This document shows positions 1 to 8,757 of a stretch of 32,000 bases of DNA, one piece after another. Made by a program: the position numbers and the translations under genes. Below the pieces are notes generated by a model, which ran no database searches, had not been told where the DNA came from, and worked only from the letters and a program-made list of their open reading frames with translations. Numbering within the stretch: the first letter of the stretch is position 1; each line of letters opens with the position of its first letter. This DNA comes from Candidatus Atelocyanobacterium thalassa isolate ALOHA (lineage in GTDB: Bacteria; Cyanobacteriota; Cyanobacteriia; Cyanobacteriales; Microcystaceae): assembly GCF_000025125.1 (NCBI RefSeq), contig NC_013771.1, forward strand, positions 1,230,001-1,262,000. The letters are read 5' to 3'.

Positions 1-234
1 TGCTAATTTGATTTCGCTTAATGTAGCAATTTCAAAATAAGCTTCAAAGCTAGGACGACCTAAATCAGATTTAGTAGCATCAATAATAAGTTCTTGATGC
101 TCTAATATAGCTTTTCGTAAAAGTTTTAGTTGACTTAAACGGAAATCAATAGACTGAGTTTCACCACTTTGAAAAAATTCTCTCTGTTGGTTGACTAATT
201 TTTTAGCTGAGACCTGTAAAGTTTTTATAGCCAT
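1..234 (-). CDS. Aldehyde dehydrogenase family protein (class-3-like), N-terminal fragment. The gene runs off the left edge of the window.
   Basis: I translated the minus strand by hand from the ATG at 234-232. It gives MAIKTLQVSAKKLVNQQREFFQSGETQSIDFRLSQLKLLRKAILEHQELIIDATKSDLGRPSFEAYFEIATLSEIKLA and stays open to position 1. The pattern F-x-SG-x-T...FR..QL..L......I..A...DLGR...E resembles the N-termini of ALDH3-type enzymes. It is absent from the ORF track because it is truncated. Confidence 0.55.
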   Translation of the reverse strand, partial: MAIKTLQVSAKKLVNQQREFFQSGETQSIDFRLSQLKLLRKAILEHQELIIDATKSDLGRPSFEAYFEIATLSEIKLA

Positions 235-411
235 AGAAAACTTCCTAGAAATAATTTCTATAAGGTAAATTAATTCTCAACTTAACCTTACCAGAAACTT
301 GTTGAAAAACTTAAATTGTATAAAAAAATGCTTATCTTTACTCTAGGATATCTGTGACCTTCTCAAGGTAAAATAAAAATGAAAAATCATAATAAGTAAT
401 TAAAAATATAC

Positions 412-1884
412 ATGAACATTTATGGAAGTGATACCTCTTTATTAGACTGGACAGGAGATACAGTTGCCATTGGCTTGTTTGAAAACGAAATAAATTTAAT
501 CGGAGAATTAGACCAGTTAAATAATAAAACTAAAGGAACCTTACAAGAACTAATAGATGAAACAAAGTTTGAAGGAAAAGTAGGTCGTATCATATTCACT
601 CGCCTTGGAGGTAGCGCTTCTATTCGTAAAATTCTTTTAGTTGGCTTGGGGAAGTCTGAAGAGTTTACCCTAAATAGTTTACGCTTAAGCATTGCTTCCG
701 TTGCTCGGTTTTCAAAAAAAGAACATATTCAAACTTTATGTTTGCAATTTCCTATTTTTAATAATAATCCTAGCTTAACTGCAGAAGTTATTACTGAAGG
801 ATTGTTGTTATCTTTACATCAAGACAATAGATTTAAATCTAATTCAGACGATAAACTTGTAGAATTAAAAACTATTGACATTTTAGGAATTGGAGAGCAA
901 AAAGATGCTATTAGTCGTGCTCAAATAATTTGTTCCGGAGTAATCATGGCAAGAGAATTAGTAAATGCTCCTGCTAACTATATCAACCCCATAACTTTCA
1001 CTGAAGTTGCTAAAAAACTGGCAAATGAGTACGATTTAGAAATCGAAATTTTAGAACAAGATGAATGCGCAAAACTTGGGATGGGTGCTTTCTTGGGAGT
1101 TGCACAAGCATCAGATTTACCTCCTAAATTTATTCACTTAACATATAAGTCAAAAGATATAGCTAAACGTAAAATAGCTATTATAGGTAAAAGTTTGACC
1201 TTTGATTCAGGAGGACTTAATTTAAAAGGTTCTAGTAGTGGAATTGAAGTAATGAAAATGGATATGGGAGGAGGTGCAGCTACTTTAGGCGTTGCTAAAG
1301 CTATTGCTCAACTCAAGCCAAATATAGAAGTACACTTTATTTGTGCTGTAACAGAAAATATGATTAGTGGATGTGCAATACATCCTGGTGATGTATTGAC
1401 CGCATCTAACGGTAAAACAATTGAAGTCAACAATACAGATGCTGAAGGGCGTTTAACCTTAGCGGACGCTCTGGTATTTGCTGAAAAACTAGAAGTGGAT
1501 AGTATCTTAGACATAGCAACTTTGACTGGTGCTTGTATTGTGGCACTAGGAGATAATATTTCTGGATTATGGAGTACAGATAATAATTTAATCAACGAAA
1601 TAAAAATTGCATCTGAAAAGTCAGGGGAGCAATTTTGGCAAATGCCAATGGAAGATAAATATTTTGAAGGTTTAAAATCCTCTATTGCTGACATGAAAAA
1701 TACAGGACCAAGGGCTGGAGGATCCATTACAGCAGCTCTATTTTTAAAGCAATTTGTCGAAAAAACTCCTTGGCTACATTTGGATATAGCTGGAACAGCT
1801 TGGATTGACAAAGAAAATGGAGTTAATAATGCTGGAGCAACAGGTGTTCCAGTACGTACTATTGTTAATTGGCTGACGGATTAA
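412..1884 (+). CDS. pepA: Leucyl aminopeptidase (M17 family)
   Basis: 490-aa ORF. It carries the M17 signature NTDAEGRL, the metal-binding region [14 protein letters not shown] and the typical cyanobacterial N-terminus ([15 protein letters not shown]). Confidence 0.93.
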   Translation: MNIYGSDTSLLDWTGDTVAIGLFENEINLIGELDQLNNKTKGTLQELIDETKFEGKVGRIIFTRLGGSASIRKILLVGLGKSEEFTLNSLRLSIASVARFSKKEHIQTLCLQFPIFNNNPSLTAEVITEGLLLSLHQDNRFKSNSDDKLVELKTIDILGIGEQKDAISRAQIICSGVIMARELVNAPANYINPITFTEVAKKLANEYDLEIEILEQDECAKLGMGAFLGVAQASDLPPKFIHLTYKSKDIAKRKIAIIGKSLTFDSGGLNLKGSSSGIEVMKMDMGGGAATLGVAKAIAQLKPNIEVHFICAVTENMISGCAIHPGDVLTASNGKTIEVNNTDAEGRLTLADALVFAEKLEVDSILDIATLTGACIVALGDNISGLWSTDNNLINEIKIASEKSGEQFWQMPMEDKYFEGLKSSIADMKNTGPRAGGSITAALFLKQFVEKTPWLHLDIAGTAWIDKENGVNNAGATGVPVRTIVNWLTD

Positions 1885-1947
1885 ACTTAAAAATATACAT
1901 TTTAGGAAGCTATGTAATAAGTAATATTATTTTATTTGTTACATAGC

Positions 1948-3990
1948 TTATCTTATCTGTGAAATTGCTTCTTTAGTCATTTGTGCTATTGCTTTATCTG
2001 TAGCTGTAGGTAATTGGTAGTATGTTCCCATCGCAGCTTTAGCAAGTTCTTTTCCAAATCCTGTAGAAACAAATTTTTTTTCAGTATCTATCATTAATAA
2101 TTTAATGCCTAGCATTTTTATTCTACTAGCAATGTTTAGTAATTCTTCTTTAATGTTAGGCTTATCTTCTTTCAACACTTGTTCACCCAAAGAACGAGAT
2201 AATGAAATATTTCCTCGGCCATCAGTTATTGCAACAATAACCACTTGGCCAATATCACCCGACATTTTAGCATTAACACCTATCTTGACTGCTTGAGTTA
2301 GACCGTGAGCTAATGGAGAACCTCCACCACAAGGTAAAGTTTCCAATCTTTTTCGCGCAAGAGAAATTGAGCGAGTTGGAGGTAGTAAGACATCAGCTTG
2401 CTCTCCTCTAAAAGGGATTAATGCAATTTGATCTCTATTTTCATATGCTTCTGTTAAAAGTCTCATTACTGCACCTTTTGCCGATTGCATTCTATTTAAG
2501 GCCATAGATCCAGAGGCATCTACGACAAAAATAATCAATGCACCTGCTTTCCTAACTAAGCGCTTAGAACGAATATCTTGATGTTCAACAATAACATTAC
2601 GGTCAGGATGCCGCAATCGTCGCTTTTTCTGATATGGGGCGGCTATTCTTAAAGTTGCGTCAACAGCAATACGGTTAACTTTACCCTTTGGTAACATAGG
2701 TTTAATGTAGCGTCCTCTGTCGTTGGAAAAAATCAAATTACGACTTCCTGATTTACCTTGATTTTGAGATTTTTGAGCAAAAGATAAGATCTCAGTATCA
2801 ATAATAGTTCCTTCAATATCAAAGACAAATTCTTGGGGTATTTCTAGATTTTGTTCTTCTTCATTATTACTTTCTTCGTTATCATCTTCGTTATCATCTT
2901 CGTTATCATCTTCGTTATCATCTTCGTCGTTTTGTTGTTCATCATGATTCTGTTCTTTTTTAGGTGGAGGTGGAGGTGGAGAATTACTTTCTTCAGGCAC
3001 TTGTTGCATATTAGAACGAGGAACAATTACCAGTTCTACTGCTTTTCTCAAATCTTCACTACTAACTATATCGTTACCATTTAGTGCCGCTAGAGCCTTT
3101 GCGACTCGGGTGGCAAATATTTCAGCTCTATGTCCTTCAACTCCTCCTCTTAATGATTCTTCTACTAGATATTCAACTTGATTCCTTTTTATCTTAACTT
3201 CTTTCAACCATTCTCGAGCCAATATAATATCTGTTTTAATGCTATCTATCTCTTCTTCGTACTGCTTGTTGAATAGTTCTGAAGAACCAGAGTAATGAAT
3301 AACTTGATTAACAACTTCTACTCTTTGTTCAAGTTCTAATAGACCATCAGATGAGAGAGCAATTGCCATTCTATCTAATATATGCTTTCTTAAAGAACCT
3401 TCTTCAGGATTGTAAGTAGCAATAACAACAGGTTTACAAGGGTGCTGAAAACTAATACCCTCTCTTTCAACTTTGTTCCAACCCTCTGTTAAAACAGTTA
3501 ATAGTTGATTAACAACTTGATCGTCTAATAAATTAATTTCATCAATATATAAAATTCCGCGATGAGCTTGAGCTAATAATCCAGGCTGAAAAACTGGTTC
3601 TCCTTTTTTTACAGATGCTTCTACATCTATTGATCCTAGTAATCTATCTTCCGTTATTCCAAGAGGTAATTGAATAAAAGGAACAGGGATAATTTCTGTA
3701 GCAATGGAATCTAATTTAACATGTAAATATTTTTCTTTCGTATCAGAATCCCATTCTTCAGGAACATTATGTTCACAATTAAAAGAATTATTTTTGATTC
3801 GTTCGATGGGAGGTAGCAGAGCACGAATTCCTCTTGCAAGTACTGATTTTGCCGTTCCTCGGCGGCCAGCGATAACTATACCACCTAATTTTAAATCTAC
3901 TGCTGCTAATAACAAGGCTAATTTAATAGATTGTTGCCCAATAACAGCAGTCATAGGAAAGCTTGGAGGAGTAGGAATAGAGCTAGACAT
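1948..3990 (-). CDS. chlD: Magnesium chelatase subunit D
   Basis: 680-aa ORF. It has an N-terminal AAA+-like domain ([26 protein letters not shown]), a poly-Pro plus acidic linker (PPPPPP...[16 protein letters not shown]) and a C-terminal vWA domain with a MIDAS-like motif (FVVDASGSM). This is the classic ChlD architecture. Confidence 0.93.
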   Translation of the reverse strand: MSSSIPTPPSFPMTAVIGQQSIKLALLLAAVDLKLGGIVIAGRRGTAKSVLARGIRALLPPIERIKNNSFNCEHNVPEEWDSDTKEKYLHVKLDSIATEIIPVPFIQLPLGITEDRLLGSIDVEASVKKGEPVFQPGLLAQAHRGILYIDEINLLDDQVVNQLLTVLTEGWNKVEREGISFQHPCKPVVIATYNPEEGSLRKHILDRMAIALSSDGLLELEQRVEVVNQVIHYSGSSELFNKQYEEEIDSIKTDIILAREWLKEVKIKRNQVEYLVEESLRGGVEGHRAEIFATRVAKALAALNGNDIVSSEDLRKAVELVIVPRSNMQQVPEESNSPPPPPPKKEQNHDEQQNDEDDNEDDNEDDNEDDNEESNNEEEQNLEIPQEFVFDIEGTIIDTEILSFAQKSQNQGKSGSRNLIFSNDRGRYIKPMLPKGKVNRIAVDATLRIAAPYQKKRRLRHPDRNVIVEHQDIRSKRLVRKAGALIIFVVDASGSMALNRMQSAKGAVMRLLTEAYENRDQIALIPFRGEQADVLLPPTRSISLARKRLETLPCGGGSPLAHGLTQAVKIGVNAKMSGDIGQVVIVAITDGRGNISLSRSLGEQVLKEDKPNIKEELLNIASRIKMLGIKLLMIDTEKKFVSTGFGKELAKAAMGTYYQLPTATDKAIAQMTKEAISQIR
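2875..2928. repeat. In-frame 12-bp tandem repeat (ttcgttatcatc, 4 full copies plus a partial one) inside the chlD linker. An adjacent (ggtgga)x3 repeat lies at 2963-2981.
   Basis: Read directly from the sequence. On the minus strand the 12-mer encodes (DDNE)4 and the 6-mer repeat encodes PPPPPP. Confidence 0.9.
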
Positions 3991-4316
3991 TAAAGATTTT
4001 TTATTTTTGAAAAGGGCACAACAATTTTTATATATTATCTATGATAGTCGTACTCTTAAAATTTTTAGTTAAAAAATAGTTTTTTGTAATGTTTTTTGAG
4101 ATTTTGTTCTTTAATTTATTTTTAATATGTGAATTTTATTGTACATATCATAAAGATGATATAACCTCTAAACTAATATTTTTTTATTTTTAGTAAATTA
4201 ATATAAATTATATTTGTAAGTTTTAAATTACGAAAACCTGAACAAATAAATTATTATAATCACGTACAATAAGCTTAAAGATTCATTCTTAATTATAAAA
4301 AAGTTATAAAATTAAT

Positions 4317-5435
4317 ATGTATAGTTCGCTTGAGCATTTTCATCAACTGACAAAAGAGTTTTGTGCTAAATTGCACAATTTATCCTTTTTAGGCATAAAA
4401 CAAAATAAGAAAATTGTAAAATTATCATCTTCAGACCTTCTTAGTGATAAAGACTATGAATTTTTGTTTAATCAGTTGCTAGATGGTATTTCACATGGAT
4501 GGCATGAAGGAAGAATTCTGAAATATTTTGAAGATTTAGGAGAAAGGGGGAAAGCAAGATTATGGGTATCATGGTTAAACAAGTTTCAGGATAAGGTTCT
4601 ATCTACTGAAAACCCTGATTTACAACTTGCATCAAAAATGATGCGGCTTGCTGAATTAGCTCAATCTTTCCCATCTATTGAACCTATCGGAAAAATTTCC
4701 TATGATATTGGTCAAAAACTTTATAGCAAAACAACAGAAGGTGAACTTTCAGAATATATCGATTTTAACGTTTCAGATATCGAAGATAATGGTTTAGTAA
4801 AGGAATTTTTTCCTTCTTTATCAATTAAAGAGAAATCTTTAATTGTTGACGATTTAGAACAGCAATTAGAAAGAAATGAAAATCTGATGATCTACTCAAC
4901 AGATCAAGAAAGTTTCAATCCCACAAATTTTACAAATCCTAAGATAGAAGCTTTTCCTTTGTCCAAAAAATATTTTGAAGAAGGAATCGAAAAATTTAAT
5001 TTAAAAATTTGGGACGAAGCTATTTTCTTATGGGATAAAGCTTTAGCTATTAATCCATCTTTTTCTATTGCATGGTACAAGCGTGGGGAAGCGTTACAAT
5101 GTTTAGGAGAAATCGATAAGGCAATTTCAAGTGTTGATAATGCCCTAGCTCTTGAGCCTGAAAACATCAACTTTTTAAATATGAAGGCTCAACTTTTATA
5201 TAATTTAGAAGATTGGTCTGAGTCTATTAGAATATGGGATAAAGTTCTAAATATTGAGCCTTCTAATTACAAGGTTTGGTACAATAAAGGTAGATGCCTA
5301 GAATCTATGAAACAAATTTCCAAGGCTATAGAGAGCTATGAAAAAGCTTTAGAGATAGTTCCCGACCTTAAACCAGTTTTGAAAAGACTTCGAAGACTGT
5401 ACAATACCAAACATAGTTCTCAATTCACAGAGTAA
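4317..5435 (+). CDS. Tetratricopeptide-repeat (TPR) protein
   Basis: 372-aa ORF. The C-terminal ~150 aa contain 4-5 TPR-like 34-mers (e.g. WDEAIFLWDKALAINPSFSIAWYKRGEALQCLGEIDKAISSVDNALALEPEN). I recognise no motif in the N-terminal half. Confidence 0.75.
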   Translation: MYSSLEHFHQLTKEFCAKLHNLSFLGIKQNKKIVKLSSSDLLSDKDYEFLFNQLLDGISHGWHEGRILKYFEDLGERGKARLWVSWLNKFQDKVLSTENPDLQLASKMMRLAELAQSFPSIEPIGKISYDIGQKLYSKTTEGELSEYIDFNVSDIEDNGLVKEFFPSLSIKEKSLIVDDLEQQLERNENLMIYSTDQESFNPTNFTNPKIEAFPLSKKYFEEGIEKFNLKIWDEAIFLWDKALAINPSFSIAWYKRGEALQCLGEIDKAISSVDNALALEPENINFLNMKAQLLYNLEDWSESIRIWDKVLNIEPSNYKVWYNKGRCLESMKQISKAIESYEKALEIVPDLKPVLKRLRRLYNTKHSSQFTE

Positions 5436-5482
5436 AACTTTTAAAGTAATCAAATAAATTTTTCTTATCCCCCTTCATTCTT

Positions 5483-6133
5483 ATGGATTCTCAACTACGT
5501 GTATATGTCCCTGATCATCCTTTAATTAAACATTGGCTGGGAATAGCTCGAGATATCAACACTCCAGATATTTTATTTAAAACAGCTATAGTCGAACTCG
5601 GGCGTTGGTTAACTTATGAAGCGACTAGATACTGGTTCCCCATGATAGAGACCACCGCCCAAGGAACCATCAGTAGCTCGCCGATAGCACTAATTAATCC
5701 TGAAATACCTATTGCCGTTATCCCTACTCTCTGTACAGGATTAGTTTTATTGGAAGGTGCACAAGACTTGCTACCTTTAGCTAAAATCTATCATCTTGGA
5801 CTAGAACAAAATAGTAGTAATCTAGAAGTAACTTGTTATTTAAACAAATTGCCTCAAAAATTCACAAAAACAACTCAAATAGTTATTCTAGATCCTATTC
5901 TTGGCACAGGAGAACAAATTACAAGAATCTTGTCAGAGATTGCCCAACGAGGAGCGGATTTAGCTTTAGTCCGTATTATTTGTGTAATTGCTACTCCACA
6001 AGCATTGCAAAAGTTAAATCTTCAATATCCTATGCTAAGTATTTATACTGCCACTATTGATGAAAAAATTGATGATAAAGGTAATGTCATTCCTGGGTTA
6101 GGAAATATCGAGAAGAGAGCTTTTGGAAATTAA
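5483..6133 (+). CDS. upp: Uracil phosphoribosyltransferase-like protein (divergent motifs)
   Basis: 216 aa, collinear with bacterial Upp. The PRPP-loop region reads ILDPILGTGEQ where E. coli has VDPMLATGGS. The C-terminal uracil-binding region reads VIPGLGNIEKRAFGN where E. coli has IIPGLGDAGDKIFGT. Confidence 0.7.
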   Translation: MDSQLRVYVPDHPLIKHWLGIARDINTPDILFKTAIVELGRWLTYEATRYWFPMIETTAQGTISSSPIALINPEIPIAVIPTLCTGLVLLEGAQDLLPLAKIYHLGLEQNSSNLEVTCYLNKLPQKFTKTTQIVILDPILGTGEQITRILSEIAQRGADLALVRIICVIATPQALQKLNLQYPMLSIYTATIDEKIDDKGNVIPGLGNIEKRAFGN

Positions 6134-6381
6134 ATTTTTTTTCCAATTATCCTTTACTTTTAAATTAAACCTGATACTGTCAAATAAAAGTTAATTTAAG
6201 AATATAAAAAAGAAATTATTATAAAGTTTTCAACAACATAGCTTTCTAAGCTTTTAAAGATAGGGTACTGATAGTTAAAAAATGAAAGTTATTTTTATCT
6301 TAGTTTTATTAAAGTTTAATTTCTTAATAAAAAGCTTGCCAAAAACATCAGTTTATTGTTATCATCTACTGGTTGCTTCAA

Positions 6382-6453
6382 TCCTCAGTAGCTCAGTGGT
6401 AGAGCGGTCGGCTGTTAACCGATTGGTCGTAGGTTCGAATCCTACCTGGGGAG
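6382..6453 (+). tRNA. tRNA-Asn (anticodon GUU)
   Basis: I folded the cloverleaf by hand. Acceptor TCCTCAG/CTGGGGA (one G-U pair), D-stem GCTC/GAGC, anticodon stem GTCGG/CCGAT with loop CTGTTAA, T-arm GTAGG-TTCGAAT-CCTAC. Length is 72 nt and no CCA is encoded. Confidence 0.92.
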
Positions 6454-6589
6454 TCTTATTAATAAATCCATAAATTGAACTATTCGACTGGTACAAATAG
6501 GCCATAAATGTAACAAAATATTTTGATAAAAAAATAATATTAAATACATTTTAAAAAAAATGATACAAATTCAAATAAATATGTTATGA

Positions 6590-6724
6590 TCAACCACGAG
6601 AAACCTAAGTATTCGGTAGTAGATTTTGTTATCAGCATTGACGGGTATATCCCTTTCAGCCTTTGTACGATTCTCTCCGATCACTCAATCTCTACACATT
6701 TGCAAATTACGGAGATAATCTAAT
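6590..6724 (+). promoter_or_regulatory. Putative long 5' UTR / leader of the rbp gene
   Basis: This ~130-nt stretch directly upstream of rbp is visibly richer in G+C than the flanking spacer. It follows a possible -10 box (TATGAT near 6583) and ends with GGAG 10 nt before the ATG. The boundaries are approximate. Confidence 0.35.
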
Positions 6725-7015
6725 ATGTCTATTTATGTAGGAAACCTATCCTATGATGTAACCAAAGAAGACCTTAACGAAGTTTTTACAGACTACGGCG
6801 AGGTTAAGCGTGTTCATATTCCAACAGATCGTGACACTGGACGCATGCGTGGCTTTGCTTTCGTAGAAATGAATTCTGATGATCAAGAAGAGCAAGCCAT
6901 CTCTACTCTAGATGGAGCAGAATGGATGGGACGTACTTTAAAAGTAAATAAAGCTAAAGAACGTGAACCTCGTGGTTCCTTCAATGGTGGCGGTAGAGGC
7001 CGTGAACGCTTTTAA
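6725..7015 (+). CDS. rbp: RNA-binding protein, single RRM with a short Gly/Arg tail (cyanobacterial Rbp type)
   Basis: 96 aa. RNP2 is IYVGNL, RNP1 is RGFAFVEM, and the C-terminal tail is GGGRGRERF. Confidence 0.93.
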   Translation: MSIYVGNLSYDVTKEDLNEVFTDYGEVKRVHIPTDRDTGRMRGFAFVEMNSDDQEEQAISTLDGAEWMGRTLKVNKAKEREPRGSFNGGGRGRERF

Positions 7016-7028
7016 GTATTAGTAACAT

Positions 7029-7089
7029 TAAATGATTAGTAAATAGGAGTAAGAAATTAAATTTCTTACTCCTATTTACTAATCATTTA
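7029..7089 (+). terminator. 61-nt perfect palindrome (30-bp arms centred on 7059) immediately after rbp. Candidate terminator or mRNA-stability hairpin.
   Basis: I checked the pairing base by base. Positions i and 14118-i are complementary for every i from 7029 to 7058. The element starts 14 nt after the rbp stop codon. No clear U-tract follows it. Confidence 0.6.
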
Positions 7090-7570
7090 GAGCATTTAAG
7101 TAATGCAATTAAATTTATTTTTTTAAAATTGACTATTTAAGTATAAAACCGCCATTAAATATTTAGCATTCGATTGAACTTCGGTTAAATACTTCTGGAA
7201 ACTATATATCAAAAATATTTTTACAATAATGTAAATTTAATATATGGAATGCACTTGCAAGAATAAGTATTTAAAAGTACTACCGATATCATGAAGGCAA
7301 TGGAACTTTGCTTAATAAGAATCGTCCGAAACCAAACAGGTATTATTCTTGAACGTTAATAGATTAAGTTTATTTTAAAGAATATTTAATTCTATTTAAA
7401 TTAATAATAATTAAAACTGAACATTAAACTAAACATTAATGTCTAAATTAATTTTCTTAAAAGGTAACACTATCTTACAAGCTTATTAATAGACTCAAAT
7501 ATCTTTCGTATTTAATTTTATATCAGAAACTAACTAAAAGTATATTTAATCTTAATTGGAAAAAATAATT

Positions 7571-8731
7571 ATGAGACAACTTAAAAAATGGTTAAAAAAT
7601 AAACTCGTTAAAGTCTTAGTTCCAGAAATTGACCGACAATTAGAAATTAGCCAAAAACTCGAAGAAGTACGACTATATGGAACAGCACCATGGTATAGAG
7701 AAAATCTTTGGGAACCTACTGTACAATTAGTTCTAAGAGATTTATGCCTCCCTGGAGATACAGTTTTTGATGTAGGGGCAAATTTTGCTGGCTTAACAAC
7801 TATTATGTCTCGTATGGTAGGACCAAAAGGAGTAGTTTGCTCTTTTGAAGCTAGTCCTCGAATTGTAGATAAATGTCAACGAAATATTATTAACAACGGC
7901 TGCAGTAACACACAATTATTTCATTCAGCTGTCTACTCAAAATCTTACGAAAAAGTCCCTCTTTATCTAGGTAGCCACCTCAACGATAGTATTTATAAAG
8001 ACTATTCTATTGGAGAAGCTGCTTATGAAATTTCTACTATTGCTTTAGATGACTTCGTTGAAAATACAAAATTAATACCTAACCTTGTCAAAATGGATAT
8101 TGAAGGGGCAGAATTTGACGCAATACAAGGAATGGAAAAAACTATCAAGTCTGCTAAACCTCACCTGATTTTAGAGACTCAAGCTGAAGATAGTCGATGC
8201 TTAGACTTTTTATCTGCACTCGGTTATATTTCGATTGACTTAAATACTTATAAAGTTATTAAAACTCCTGAGGATTATCCCTCAGGAGTAGGAATAAGAA
8301 ACAATCTATATATTCATCAAGATCGATTAACAGAGACCCCTTATAAGCCACCTTTTAACTTTAAAAAAATTACTACTTTAGAATCTAATGATTTTAAGCA
8401 AGAAAAAAATGGTTCAATAAATCTTCGAACACCATTAAATCTACCTAAAGGTAGGTATCTGATAGATGTAATGTTTACTGCTGAAGGAAATGATAATGAT
8501 TTAACTTGTGGGGTTAATATAGCTGGAAAATCAATCTTCCGTTATCATGCTTACAGCAGTTTACTTGCATCTCATTATCGCGATTGGGTAATTCATCTTT
8601 CTAATGATTCGGAAATTGACTTGTATTTTAATTTTCTTAATCAAACATTTGATGATACTTTATCAATACAAGGAGCTACAATCACAGAAGTTCTAGATTT
8701 TAAAAATACACCCACTAATCTATACATATAA
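7571..8731 (+). CDS. FkbM-family SAM-dependent methyltransferase with an uncharacterised C-terminal extension
   Basis: The FkbM hallmarks VFDVGANFAG (SAM motif I) and VKMDIEGAEFDAIQG are present. The ORF track starts at TTG 7556; I prefer the in-frame ATG at 7571 (MRQLKKW...). I recognise no motif in roughly the last 150 aa. Confidence 0.8.
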   Translation: MRQLKKWLKNKLVKVLVPEIDRQLEISQKLEEVRLYGTAPWYRENLWEPTVQLVLRDLCLPGDTVFDVGANFAGLTTIMSRMVGPKGVVCSFEASPRIVDKCQRNIINNGCSNTQLFHSAVYSKSYEKVPLYLGSHLNDSIYKDYSIGEAAYEISTIALDDFVENTKLIPNLVKMDIEGAEFDAIQGMEKTIKSAKPHLILETQAEDSRCLDFLSALGYISIDLNTYKVIKTPEDYPSGVGIRNNLYIHQDRLTETPYKPPFNFKKITTLESNDFKQEKNGSINLRTPLNLPKGRYLIDVMFTAEGNDNDLTCGVNIAGKSIFRYHAYSSLLASHYRDWVIHLSNDSEIDLYFNFLNQTFDDTLSIQGATITEVLDFKNTPTNLYI

Positions 8732-8757
8732 TATCTGCCAAAAATTATTACAATACT

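Noticed and set aside
420-1811. Minus-strand ORFs 420..692 and 1308..1811, antisense to pepA
   Set aside because: Both lie entirely inside the well-supported pepA frame. Their translations are low-complexity with no motifs. Long antisense ORFs are expected by chance in such sequence.
2105-4072. ORFs 2105..2296(+), 2844..3026(-), 2851..3084(+) and 3704..4072(+), overlapping chlD
   Set aside because: They are antisense to chlD or in an alternative frame. Two of them are artefacts of the tandem repeat (the IIFVIIFV and TKMITKMI translations). ChlD explains the region.
4904-6060. ORFs 4904..5170(-) and 5833..6060(+) within the TPR and upp-like genes
   Set aside because: They overlap better-supported genes in other frames and have no recognisable motifs.
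6282-6473. 63-aa ORF spanning the tRNA-Asn gene
   Set aside because: Its C-terminal half is simply the tRNA-Asn sequence read as codons. The tRNA cloverleaf is unambiguous.
7556-7570. TTG start (MEKII-) for the FkbM methyltransferase
   Set aside because: An in-frame ATG lies 5 codons downstream at 7571 and is the more conventional start. I cannot resolve the choice without alignments, so the TTG start remains possible.
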